Shown piece after piece: positions 35,335 to 44,363 of a DNA stretch of 60,903 nucleotides. The stretch is from Boseongicola sp. (GTDB taxonomy: Bacteria > Pseudomonadota > Alphaproteobacteria > Rhodobacterales > Rhodobacteraceae). The stretch spans positions 1 to 60,903 of the forward strand of contig JBPCWO010000242.1 in the NCBI GenBank assembly GCA_051009475.1, read 5' to 3'. The notes below the pieces were generated by a model, which saw nothing but the letters and a program-made list of their open reading frames with translations, made no database searches and was not told the DNA's origin. How positions within the stretch are numbered: the first letter of the stretch is position 1; every line of letters begins with the position of its first letter. A program made the translations under genes and the position numbers.

Positions 35335-36540
35335 TTGCGCGACTTCGCGCGGGCTTCACACAATTCACCTGAAAAAAACACAGCAACTCAATGGCTCGGA
35401 CAGACCGGGATTGTCCGCCCGAATGGGTTCTTGCTTTGGATGCACGCCAACGATGCGGCTGACACCGGTGCCGTCGTCGCGCTTTGTCAGGAGCTTGCTC
35501 GACTTCGTGGGCAGACCGTAAGTGCCCTTGTGACGTCAACCGAAAATGCGACCGCCACCGCTTCGTTGGCGGTGCATCAGATTGTACCCGGGGAAACATC
35601 GGGGTCGGTTTCGCAATTTCTGAATCATTGGACACCAGATTTGGCGATTTTTGTCGGGCCACCCGACCGACCGACCCTGATCACAGAGGCCGCGTCTCGT
35701 AAAATTCCAATGTTTCTTGCGGCAAGCCGTCGTGGGCAGATCACTCCAGGTGGGCGACTGTCGATGCTTGCGTCTTCGCTTCTTGAGCACTTCGACAGAT
35801 TTCTGGCGTCATCGGCGGCCGAAGCACAGGCCTTATACGGCGCCAAAATCGAGAAAGATCGTGTGCTGGTAACCGGCCCTCTTAGCGATACGGCACTTGC
35901 GCTGCCCTGCAATCAAGCCGAGCTGACCGATATTGGAAATTTATTAGCCGGGCGACCAGTTTGGCTGGCAGCGCATGTGACCTCGAACGAGGTTGCCGCA
36001 GTTGAAGCCGCGCTAAGGCGGACGATCCGAGCTGCCCACCGCCTTTTGCTTATCGTCGTACCTCGATTGCCCAGTGATGGCCGTGCGGTTTCCTCCGCTT
36101 TCGAGGTGCAAGGGTGGAGAACGGCGCTGCGATCCGAAGGGGAAGAGCCGGATGAGACCATCCAAGTTTATGTTGCAGATACAGAGGACGAAATGGGGCT
36201 GTGGTATCGTCTAGCGCCAATTACGTTTTTGGGCGGCACGTTCGACAAAGACGCAGTGGCTTCCGATCCGTTCGAGCCCGCGTCGCTTGGATCCGTGGTG
36301 GTCCATGGGCCCGATGTCGGCAATAGCCCCATCCGGTTTGACAGGCTGAGGGCGGCCAACGCGTCTGCCGAACTGGCATCCCAAGGAGACCTAGGCGACA
36401 TGATATTTAATCTGCTGGCCCCGGATAAGGCCGCGACACTTGCACATGCCGGATGGTCCGTAACCTCGGAAAGTGCGCATGTCGTTGTAAAATTGGCCGA
36501 ATTAATCGACGCCGAACTGGGCATTGGCGAGGCCAGTTGA
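35335..36540 (+). CDS. waaA: 3-deoxy-D-manno-octulosonic acid (Kdo) transferase, divergent
   Basis: Two-domain glycosyltransferase pattern (LWMHAN..., ...VADTEDEMGLWYRLA...FLGGTF...). Immediately upstream of, and overlapping, lpxK. Start uncertain (TTG 35335). Confidence 0.75.
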   Translation: MRDFARASHNSPEKNTATQWLGQTGIVRPNGFLLWMHANDAADTGAVVALCQELARLRGQTVSALVTSTENATATASLAVHQIVPGETSGSVSQFLNHWTPDLAIFVGPPDRPTLITEAASRKIPMFLAASRRGQITPGGRLSMLASSLLEHFDRFLASSAAEAQALYGAKIEKDRVLVTGPLSDTALALPCNQAELTDIGNLLAGRPVWLAAHVTSNEVAAVEAALRRTIRAAHRLLLIVVPRLPSDGRAVSSAFEVQGWRTALRSEGEEPDETIQVYVADTEDEMGLWYRLAPITFLGGTFDKDAVASDPFEPASLGSVVVHGPDVGNSPIRFDRLRAANASAELASQGDLGDMIFNLLAPDKAATLAHAGWSVTSESAHVVVKLAELIDAELGIGEAS

Positions 36541-37529
36541 TGCAACCGCCTCGGTTTTGGAATAAATCGCCCCAAGCACCCGGCGCAATCGCCCGAATTC
36601 TTTCGCCTTTAGGGAGCGCATATGCATTTGCCACAGCGCATCGCCTATCGCGCGCGCCAAGCATCAATCCCAATATTCCGGTTCTCTGTGTTGGCAATCT
36701 GAATGCAGGAGGCACCGGGAAAACACCGACTGTAATTGCGTTGGTCGAGCGACTTCTGGACCTGGCGCCGCATGTTGTAACGCGCGGCTACGGCGGGCAC
36801 CTCAGGGGCCCAACGCTGGTTGATCCAAAGCGCCATGACGCCAGCGCGGTTGGGGATGAGCCGCTTTTGCTCGCAGGTTTTGCGCAGACTTGGGTCTCGA
36901 AGGACCGGGCGGCAGGGGTGCGCGCCGCGATTGCCGCAGGCGCACCCGCCGTGATCCTTGATGATGGCCATCAAAACCCATCCGTCGCAAAGTCGCTGAG
37001 TATTGTTGTCGTGGATGGTGCAACGGGATTTGGAAACGGACTCGTCATCCCGGCTGGACCGCTACGCGAGCCGGTGGAGGTTGGACTCACGCGAGCCGAT
37101 ATCCTTTTGGTTATCGGCAACGATGCCGCTCAGCATGGGTTCGACACAGTTTGGCCAAATCTTCCTCATCTGCCTCGTGTCCGCGGCCAATTGGTGCCGC
37201 TTCAGACCGGAATGGATTGGGAAGGGCTACGGGCAATCGCATTTGCGGGAATTGGCCGTCCCGAAAAGTTTTTTGAAACCCTGCGCGGTCTAGGCGTTGA
37301 TCTTGTCCGCACCGAACCTCTGGATGATCATCAACAGCTGTCCGAACCGCTTTTGATGCGCTTGGAATCAGAGGCCGCCGCACACTCAGCGCATCTTGTT
37401 ACGACCGAAAAAGACGCAACGCGCCTGCCATCCTCATACCGACAGAAAGTCCTCACGCTTCCTGTCCGATTGAAAATCGAAGATGCCGCGCCTCTCGACG
37501 TGGCGCTGAGCGAACTTGGTTTGACTTGA
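36540..37529 (+). CDS. lpxK: Tetraacyldisaccharide 4'-kinase
   Basis: MQPPRFW..., P-loop VGNLNAGGTGKTP and ILDDGHQN. ATG 36540 overlaps the waaA TGA by 1 nt. Confidence 0.9.
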   Translation: MQPPRFWNKSPQAPGAIARILSPLGSAYAFATAHRLSRAPSINPNIPVLCVGNLNAGGTGKTPTVIALVERLLDLAPHVVTRGYGGHLRGPTLVDPKRHDASAVGDEPLLLAGFAQTWVSKDRAAGVRAAIAAGAPAVILDDGHQNPSVAKSLSIVVVDGATGFGNGLVIPAGPLREPVEVGLTRADILLVIGNDAAQHGFDTVWPNLPHLPRVRGQLVPLQTGMDWEGLRAIAFAGIGRPEKFFETLRGLGVDLVRTEPLDDHQQLSEPLLMRLESEAAAHSAHLVTTEKDATRLPSSYRQKVLTLPVRLKIEDAAPLDVALSELGLT

Positions 37530-37559
37530 GATCAAAACGCGCGACTAGCGCAATAGGCA

Positions 37560-38210
37560 TCAGCTTCCGATCGCCTGATCAATGATCGCCTTCATCTCAT
37601 CATAGGACATGTTGGTGTATTTCTCGCCATTGATCAGAAACGACGGCGTTGATGTAATCCCGTCCGCCTCGGCCTGTTGCAGATAGCGAGCATAGAGCGT
37701 CTGAGCGTTGTCTGCGTCAGTTAGACACTGGTCAAGCTGACCATCTGAAAGACCGGCGGTTTTTCCAATCCGACGAAGCCGGCCAACAATTTCTGCGGCA
37801 TCGCTTTGGCGCGCCCAGTCTTGCTGCTGCGAGTAGAGCATATCCGCGATACCGAAATACCGGTTCTCTGCTCCGTCGCCGCAACGCGCAACGATTGCCG
37901 CCCAAAGACCGAACCGATCAAAGTAAACCTCGCGATATATGTAGTTAATCTTGTCGGTGTCGATGTAATCTGCCTTTAGGTCCTTGAATGCATCTGTGTG
38001 GAATGCCGCACAATGTGGGCAGGTGAACGACGCATATTCAATTACTGTCACTACCGAGTCTGGATTGCCGATCGACATGTCGGGAATGCCGGATGTGTCA
38101 ATATCCGCCGCATCCTGCGCCACGGCAGGCTGCGACACGAATACTATTGCCAAGAACAACGTTATTGCCGAAGCGGCGCAAACGGTCAAAAATCGGGTCA
38201 TAATCGTCAT
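37560..38210 (-). CDS. DsbA family thiol:disulfide oxidoreductase
   Basis: N-terminal TM/signal segment and a FTCPHCAAFH active site. ATG 38210 lies 4 nt after the upstream gene's stop. Confidence 0.85.
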   Translation of the reverse strand: MTIMTRFLTVCAASAITLFLAIVFVSQPAVAQDAADIDTSGIPDMSIGNPDSVVTVIEYASFTCPHCAAFHTDAFKDLKADYIDTDKINYIYREVYFDRFGLWAAIVARCGDGAENRYFGIADMLYSQQQDWARQSDAAEIVGRLRRIGKTAGLSDGQLDQCLTDADNAQTLYARYLQQAEADGITSTPSFLINGEKYTNMSYDEMKAIIDQAIGS

Positions 38211-38214
38211 ACCT

Positions 38215-38712
38215 TTATTCCTGTTTCGACTGAGATAGGACGTTGGCCCCCAATTCTGCAAGGGCGGTTCGCAAACCTTTGTCTGACACTTCGGTCGTGG
38301 CCTGATCGGATGCCCGTCTTGCGGTTGCGTCGGGCTTGGGTCTTGGAGGCCCGACGGAAAACTCCTCGGCGGGTTCAGAAATCCCCGTTGCCGAAGTTTG
38401 CGTTAAGCGAATTCGAGTGATCGCGGCGTATCCGTAGCAAGCGTTGACACGTTCCCGGATTTTTTCCTTTTGCATCTCGACGATTGGTGCCGCTGACCCA
38501 CTGGTCAGCAGAGTCAACGTGGCCCCAAATCCCCTTCCGTAGCTGACTTCAATCGGGCGGGCTTGCCGGCAAAGATCGGGCCCGACGATATCGTCCCAGT
38601 GCGTCAGCAATCGGGACACAGCAAATCCACGGCTTTCACCAGCTTCGCGAATGCGCCCCTCCATCAGGCTGGCCGCCCGTTCAAATCCACGTCTGCGGCG
38701 ACCTTCTCGCAA
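38215..38712 (-). CDS. DUF721 (DciA-like) protein
   Basis: RGFAVSRLLTHWDDIVGPDL...TLTLLTSGSAAPIVEMQKEKIRERVN fits the DUF721 pattern. Divergent from mutY, as is common in Alphaproteobacteria. TTG start. Confidence 0.7.
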   Translation of the reverse strand: MREGRRRRGFERAASLMEGRIREAGESRGFAVSRLLTHWDDIVGPDLCRQARPIEVSYGRGFGATLTLLTSGSAAPIVEMQKEKIRERVNACYGYAAITRIRLTQTSATGISEPAEEFSVGPPRPKPDATARRASDQATTEVSDKGLRTALAELGANVLSQSKQE

Positions 38713-38796
38713 AGACTTGCCTTCCTTGACCCCACGAGCATTCTAATGGACGACGGCGTGCGCGCCACTCAAAAGCCGCGTCAGGAGAGATAAAGA

Positions 38797-39858
38797 TTGC
38801 GTGACAGTGCAAGAGCCGCGGATTTGCTGCACTGGTATGACAGCAATGCCCGTGAAATGCCGTGGCGGACCGGTCCGGGCGAGCGTTCCGCTGGATTGAG
38901 GCCCAATCCCTACCGTGTTTGGTTGAGCGAAATCATGCTTCAGCAAACGACGGTTGCGGCAGTAATCAAATATTATCAACGATTTGTTGAACTTTGGCCA
39001 GGTGTTGAAGACCTTGCGGGCGCGCCGGACGAAGTCGTTATGGGAGAATGGGCCGGTCTGGGATACTACGCCCGCGCGCGCAATCTATTGAAGTGCGCGA
39101 GGATTGTGACCGAAGAATATGGCGCCCGTTTTCCCGATACGCGCGAAGAGTTGCTTATGTTACCCGGGATCGGTCCCTACACCGCCTCGGCGGTAGCTGC
39201 GATCGCCTACGACCTGCCGGAAACCGTGGTCGACGGCAACGTTGAACGCGTCATGAGTCGCCTGTTCGCGGTGAAGACGCCGCTAAAGCAATCCAAATCG
39301 ATACTGACAAAGCTTGCCACTGACATTACGCCATTGGAACGCTCCGGCGATTATGCACAGGCCATCATGGATCTGGGCGCGACAGTTTGCACGCCGCGCA
39401 GCCCTAATTGCGGCAAGTGTCCGTGGAGATCTGCGTGTGCAGCATACGCAATGGGACGAACCAGCCAATTCCCAGTGAAAGGATCAAAGTCGCCAAAACC
39501 AGTACGTAGGGGTATCGTCTACCTGGCACGTCGAACCGATGGTGCCTGGTTGCTTGAAACGCGACCTGACAAGGGACTTTTGGGCGGCATGTTGGGCTGG
39601 CCCGGAGGCGCATGGGCCGAATCTTCACCCGTCGAGAAACCCCCATTGGATGCAGACTGGCGCGACGCCGGCGATGTAGTTCGCCACACCTTTACGCATT
39701 TTCATTTGCAACTGAGACTGCAAATTGCCGAAGTGGCGTTGGACGCCGAGCCCACAAACGGCCAATTTGTAGACAAGACCAATTTCGACCCTTCAAAGTT
39801 ACCAACGGTAATGCGCAAAGCCCATGATCTTGCGTCGAACGCCTTGTCGGTGGATTGA
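38797..39858 (+). CDS. mutY: A/G-specific adenine DNA glycosylase
   Basis: WLSEIMLQQTTV, GLGYYARARNL, Fe-S cluster CTPRSPNCGKCPWRSAC, and a NUDIX-like C-terminal domain. TTG 38797 follows AGGAGAG. Confidence 0.9.
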   Translation: MRDSARAADLLHWYDSNAREMPWRTGPGERSAGLRPNPYRVWLSEIMLQQTTVAAVIKYYQRFVELWPGVEDLAGAPDEVVMGEWAGLGYYARARNLLKCARIVTEEYGARFPDTREELLMLPGIGPYTASAVAAIAYDLPETVVDGNVERVMSRLFAVKTPLKQSKSILTKLATDITPLERSGDYAQAIMDLGATVCTPRSPNCGKCPWRSACAAYAMGRTSQFPVKGSKSPKPVRRGIVYLARRTDGAWLLETRPDKGLLGGMLGWPGGAWAESSPVEKPPLDADWRDAGDVVRHTFTHFHLQLRLQIAEVALDAEPTNGQFVDKTNFDPSKLPTVMRKAHDLASNALSVD

Positions 39859-39904
39859 GCTGGATGCTCTGCGCCGATAACTTAGTCAGGCAATCTAAAA
39901 GTCG

Positions 39905-41053
39905 ATGCTTTCGCCGATGACAAACGCCGCCATTTATCCAAACCAGGTCCCACCGGCGCTGCCGTTTTGGGTTTCGCTTACGCTGGTTCCGGTCGCATGG
40001 ATAGAGGCACTGTTTGGCGGATGGGCGCTGGTGCTTTTGCCTCTTTATGCCTGGTTGGTTTTTTCTCTGTTGGATCAGCTAATCGGGATTGACCCCAGAA
40101 ATCCTGATCCAGAGGCCTCGGCCGATACAATCGTCTGGCATCGTAGGATCACATTGATCTGGCCGATCGTCCAACTGCTGACCACTTTTTCAATTCTGAA
40201 CTATGCCACGAACGCCGACCATCTTTCGTCAGTCGAAAAAGTAGTTCTGTTTCTGGGAATTGGTTTGATGTCTGGGACCATCGGTATCGTCTATGCCCAT
40301 GAATTGATGCATAAATCTTCGCGGCTGGAGCGATTTTTGGGCGATATGCTAATGGGTATGGCGCTTTACGGGCATTACCGATCCGAGCATCTTTTGGTGC
40401 ATCACGCTCATGTCGGCACACCACGCGATCCTGTGACGGCCTTGTACAGGGAAAACTTCTGGAAGTTTTATCCCCGTGTCCTAGTACAGAGCCTGTGGTC
40501 AGCCTTTTGCGCTGAGCGCGCGATGCTGGCACGCCGCGGTCTGCCAGTCTGGAATTTGACCAATCCATTTTGGCGTTATTTCGGTTTTGCAGGTGGTTTT
40601 CTAATCCTGGCATATCTTATTGGCGGCTGGTCCGGCGTGGCGCTTTTCATGATCGCCGCCGGGTTCGCGATATTTCAGCTCGAGTTGGTGAATTACATTG
40701 AGCATTACGGGCTAACGCGAAAATATCTGGGCGAAGGTAAATACGAGCATCAGATGCCGCATCACAGTTGGAATTCGGCGCACGCACCGACAAGCGCGCT
40801 GTTGATCAACGTGACCCGGCATTCAGATCACCACAGCCGCCCCGACCGGCCTTACCCGCTTTTGCAAACGCCCAGCGAGGATGCGGCGCCGCATCTACCG
40901 TTTGGCTATGCAGCAATGACCACAATTGCACTAATTCCGCCGTTGTGGATGAATCTCATGAACCCTCGCTTGCGGGCGTGGCGGCGCAAGTTTTATCCTG
41001 AGATCAAGGATTGGAGCGCCTATAACACTGGTTCAAATCCAGCGCCAAAATAG
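39905..41053 (+). CDS. alkB: Alkane 1-monooxygenase (AlkB-type membrane di-iron hydroxylase)
   Basis: His motifs HELMHK, EHLLVHH, NYIEHYGL and HSDHH, with multiple TM segments. Confidence 0.85.
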   Translation: MLSPMTNAAIYPNQVPPALPFWVSLTLVPVAWIEALFGGWALVLLPLYAWLVFSLLDQLIGIDPRNPDPEASADTIVWHRRITLIWPIVQLLTTFSILNYATNADHLSSVEKVVLFLGIGLMSGTIGIVYAHELMHKSSRLERFLGDMLMGMALYGHYRSEHLLVHHAHVGTPRDPVTALYRENFWKFYPRVLVQSLWSAFCAERAMLARRGLPVWNLTNPFWRYFGFAGGFLILAYLIGGWSGVALFMIAAGFAIFQLELVNYIEHYGLTRKYLGEGKYEHQMPHHSWNSAHAPTSALLINVTRHSDHHSRPDRPYPLLQTPSEDAAPHLPFGYAAMTTIALIPPLWMNLMNPRLRAWRRKFYPEIKDWSAYNTGSNPAPK

Positions 41054-41062
41054 GCGACTTAT

Positions 41063-43564
41063 TCAGCCATCTTTTCGGATAACTTCGTTCTTCGGGTCAT
41101 AGGGACTGTCTTCAGTGACCGTTGCATCCCAAAGCTGGTCCTGCATCTTAGCCTTCAGTTTGGTGCCTGGGGTCGCAAGATCGGGCGTTACGTAGCCCAT
41201 GCCGATCGATTTTCCGAAATGAACCGAATAGCCGCCCGATGTCAGCCGCCCGACGCGAGTGTCATCGTTGTATAGCGCTTCGCGACCCCAGGGGTCGGCG
41301 TCTTCGGGGCCGTCGATCAGTAGCGTTACGCACATCGAACGGATGCCGGTTTCAATCATCTTCTCTTTGCCGTGGAAATCCTTTTCAAGATCCACAAACC
41401 GGTCAAGGCCTGCTTCGAGCGGCGTCGCATCGCGACCAAGTTCGGTCCCGAAGGCACGGTAGCTTTTGTCCTGGCGAAGCCAGTTTTGCGCCCTTGCACC
41501 CACGAGCTTCATCCCGTGACTTTCTCCAGCTTCCAGCAGGCGGTCCCATAGGTGGTTTTGTATTTCAATCGGGTGATGAAGCTCCCAGCCAAGTTCACCT
41601 GTATATGCCACACGAATGGCGACGGTTGGGACCATGCCCAACTCAATGTCCTGTGCGGAAAGCCACGGAAACCGTTTGTTTGAAAGAGCTGTCTCGGGGT
41701 CGGCGTCGCGGATCAACTCCTTTAGAACATCACGGCTTTTTGGTCCGGCAATCGCAAATACGCCCCATTGCGATGTCACGTCATGAATCAGAACGAACTC
41801 GCCGCCTCCCGACATGAAATCTTCCGCCGCTTTTTGCAGGAAATCAGCGTCATACGCAGTCCAAGCCCCTGCAGACACGAGGTAATAACCGTTCTCTTGC
41901 CGCCGCACGATTGTGTATTCGGTGCGCGTCGTGCCATGGCTAGTCAGTGCATAGGTCAGATTGATGCGGCCGACGCGCGGCAGCTTGTTGCAGGTGAACC
42001 AGTCAAGAAATGCCGTCGCACCTGGACCGCTGACCCAATGCTTAGTAAAGGCGCTTGCGTCGATCAGACCGGCGCCTTCGCGAATTGCTCTTGCTTCGTT
42101 AGCTGCATATTGCCACCAGCCGCCGCGGCGAAAACTGCGGGCATCGTGGTCAAAATTATCCGACGCATCGAGTGGGCCGTAATAGTTTGGCCTCTCCCAG
42201 CCGTTCACTTGTCCGAACTGCGCGCCTAACGCCTTTTGCCGGTCATAGGCTGGTACTGTGCGCAGTGGGCGGCAGGCTTCACGCTCCTCATCCGGATGGT
42301 GCAGGACGTAGACGTGATTGTAGCATTCCTCGTTCTTGCGCGCCGCGAACTCCGTGGTCATCCAGTTCCCGTAGCGTTTCGGATCCAGACTGGCCATGTC
42401 GATTTCGGCTTCGCCATCAACCATCATCTGCGCAAGATAATGACCGGTTCCGCCAGCGGCGGTAATACCGAAACTGAAGCCTTCGGCCAACCACATGTTG
42501 CGCAAACCGGGCGCGGGGCCAACTAAGGGGTTACCGTCGGGTGTATAGCAAATTGGACCATTGAAATCGTCTTTCAGACCGCTTTCCTCGCACGAGGGCA
42601 TGCGATGGATCATAGCCATGTATTGGCCTTCGATCCGTTCCAGATCGAGCGGGAACAGATCAGCACGAAAACTGTCGGGAACGCCATACTTGAATCGTGC
42701 CGGTGCGCCAACCTCGTAGACGCCCAATATCCAACCGCCACGCTCTTCGCGCACGTATGACTGGGCGTCGGCATCGCGGATGACAGGATGTTCGGGGTTC
42801 GACTTCCGCCATTCGGCCAACGATGGGTCCTGATCCATAACGATAAATGTGTGCTCTACCGGTATTGCCGGAATCTTTATCCCAAGCATTTGCGCGGTGC
42901 GTTGCGCGTGGTTGCCAGAGGCGGTCACAACATGTTCAGCAACGATCACAACCTGTTCGTCGCTTGCAACCAAATTGCCGCCTTGCTCGACCATTTTCGT
43001 GGCTGTTACTTCCCAATAGGTGCCATTCCAATTGAACGCATCTGCCTGCCACTTGCGTTCAATCGTCACGCCGCGTTGACGCGCGCCCTTGGCCATCGCC
43101 TGGGTCACGTCAGCCGGGTTAATGTAACCGTCGGTGTGATGATAAAGCGCGCCTTTCAAATCGTCTGTGCGAATGAGCGGCCAGCGTTCTTTGATTTCTT
43201 CAGGTGTTAGGAACACGTATGGCACGTCACACGTTTCGGCGGTCGATGCATAAAGCATGTACTCGTCCATGCGTTCCTTTGTCTGCGCCATGCGCAAATT
43301 TCCGACGACCGCAAAACCCGCGTTGAGCCCGGTCTCTTCTTCCAATGCCTTGTAGAAATCGACTGAATACTTGTGGATGTGGGTGGTGGCATAAGACATA
43401 TTGAACAAGGGCAACAAGCCCGCCGCGTGCCAAGTTGAACCGCTTGTCAGCTCGTCACGTTCCAGGAGCATCACGTCGTCCCAACCGGCCTTCGCCAAAT
43501 GATATGCAATTGACGTACCGACTGCACCGCCACCGATAACCAGGGCTTTGACATGCGTTTTCAT
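41063..43564 (-). CDS. FAD-dependent oxidoreductase with C-terminal GcvT-like domain (dimethylglycine/sarcosine dehydrogenase family)
   Basis: N-terminal VIGGGAVGTS dinucleotide fold, about 830 aa, with a C-terminal aminomethyltransferase-like region. ATG 43564 (the track start is GTG 43570). Confidence 0.88.
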   Translation of the reverse strand: MKTHVKALVIGGGAVGTSIAYHLAKAGWDDVMLLERDELTSGSTWHAAGLLPLFNMSYATTHIHKYSVDFYKALEEETGLNAGFAVVGNLRMAQTKERMDEYMLYASTAETCDVPYVFLTPEEIKERWPLIRTDDLKGALYHHTDGYINPADVTQAMAKGARQRGVTIERKWQADAFNWNGTYWEVTATKMVEQGGNLVASDEQVVIVAEHVVTASGNHAQRTAQMLGIKIPAIPVEHTFIVMDQDPSLAEWRKSNPEHPVIRDADAQSYVREERGGWILGVYEVGAPARFKYGVPDSFRADLFPLDLERIEGQYMAMIHRMPSCEESGLKDDFNGPICYTPDGNPLVGPAPGLRNMWLAEGFSFGITAAGGTGHYLAQMMVDGEAEIDMASLDPKRYGNWMTTEFAARKNEECYNHVYVLHHPDEEREACRPLRTVPAYDRQKALGAQFGQVNGWERPNYYGPLDASDNFDHDARSFRRGGWWQYAANEARAIREGAGLIDASAFTKHWVSGPGATAFLDWFTCNKLPRVGRINLTYALTSHGTTRTEYTIVRRQENGYYLVSAGAWTAYDADFLQKAAEDFMSGGGEFVLIHDVTSQWGVFAIAGPKSRDVLKELIRDADPETALSNKRFPWLSAQDIELGMVPTVAIRVAYTGELGWELHHPIEIQNHLWDRLLEAGESHGMKLVGARAQNWLRQDKSYRAFGTELGRDATPLEAGLDRFVDLEKDFHGKEKMIETGIRSMCVTLLIDGPEDADPWGREALYNDDTRVGRLTSGGYSVHFGKSIGMGYVTPDLATPGTKLKAKMQDQLWDATVTEDSPYDPKNEVIRKDG

Positions 43565-43807
43565 GGACACGATTCCTTCACGCGATTCGACGAGAACTTA
43601 TGCCCTTCTATGTACAAACCGGAAAGTCCGCCCGACTCCTGATCGCACGAAACCGACACCTATTATGCGCCAGTGTCCAATTTTGAAATGCTATTGAATG
43701 GGGCCGTGAAGACCAATGATCCTGGCATGACAGACCGAAGAAGTGTTTGCTGAAAATGCGAGCCAAGAGATAGGGTTTCCAGAATTGGAACAGAAAGTGG
43801 GGACCTT

Positions 43808-44284
43808 ATGCGCGGAAAAATCGTTGCTTTGATAGTCGGTGGCCTTATGGGGCTGCCCGTTGGCGCGTTTCTTTGGTATGCGTTTTCGCCGCTTCTTTTC
43901 GACGAAGTCGTGGCTGAGACGCTGGCGGAAGCTCAAATTGTCGCCACTGGTGAGTTTCGTGATGCTGATGGGTCTCACAAAGGGACCGGAGTTGCGACGC
44001 TTGTTGCGCTGCCTAGCGGAAGTCACGAAATTCAACTGACGGAATTTCAAGTGACAAATGGCCCAGATCTGGAAGTCTGGCTTTCAACGCACCCAGATCC
44101 AGGGTCGAAGAAAGACGTTACCGACAACGAGTGGTTATCGCTGGGTCAATTAAGGGGCAATGTCGGCGATCAAGCTTATCCGATTCCGGCAGGCACCGAT
44201 ATCGGCACCTTCAATTCGGTAGTGATTTGGTGCGAGCAATTTGGTGTGCTGTTTTCTCCGGCTGCACTTCAGCCAGGATCATAA
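43808..44284 (+). CDS. DM13 domain protein with N-terminal TM anchor
   Basis: GEFRDADGSHKGTGVATLVALPSGSHEIQLTEFQVTNGPDLEVWLS and SVVIWCEQFGVLF fit the DM13 pattern (from memory). Confidence 0.65.
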   Translation: MRGKIVALIVGGLMGLPVGAFLWYAFSPLLFDEVVAETLAEAQIVATGEFRDADGSHKGTGVATLVALPSGSHEIQLTEFQVTNGPDLEVWLSTHPDPGSKKDVTDNEWLSLGQLRGNVGDQAYPIPAGTDIGTFNSVVIWCEQFGVLFSPAALQPGS

Positions 44285-44363
44285 GCTGAGCGACACACGT
44301 TTTACCCAAGTCATTGTAAATTAATGCTAATGATTCGCGGCCGCCGCACTCGCAAGGCTGCTT

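Noticed and set aside
35372-35378. A7 homopolymer near the waaA 5' end, considered as a possible frameshift site restoring a longer N-terminus.
   Set aside because: Neither alternative upstream frame encodes a hydrophobic anchor or any Kdo-transferase-like sequence.
34784-35662. 292-aa minus-strand ORF spanning the IMPase 3' end, the DUF4170 gene and the waaA 5' end.
   Set aside because: The product is an Arg/Ser/Cys-rich low-complexity sequence with no motifs. It is antisense to three well-supported genes, two of which share a frame. This is typical of a GC-rich antisense artefact.
43571-43807. Looked for a glycine riboswitch upstream of the GcvT-domain dehydrogenase, and for an FMN riboswitch upstream of ribA (16757-16909).
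   Set aside because: Neither region contains the conserved cores (for example GGAGAG...ACCGAAGG for glycine, or the FMN aptamer junction sequences). Only short unrelated inverted repeats are present.
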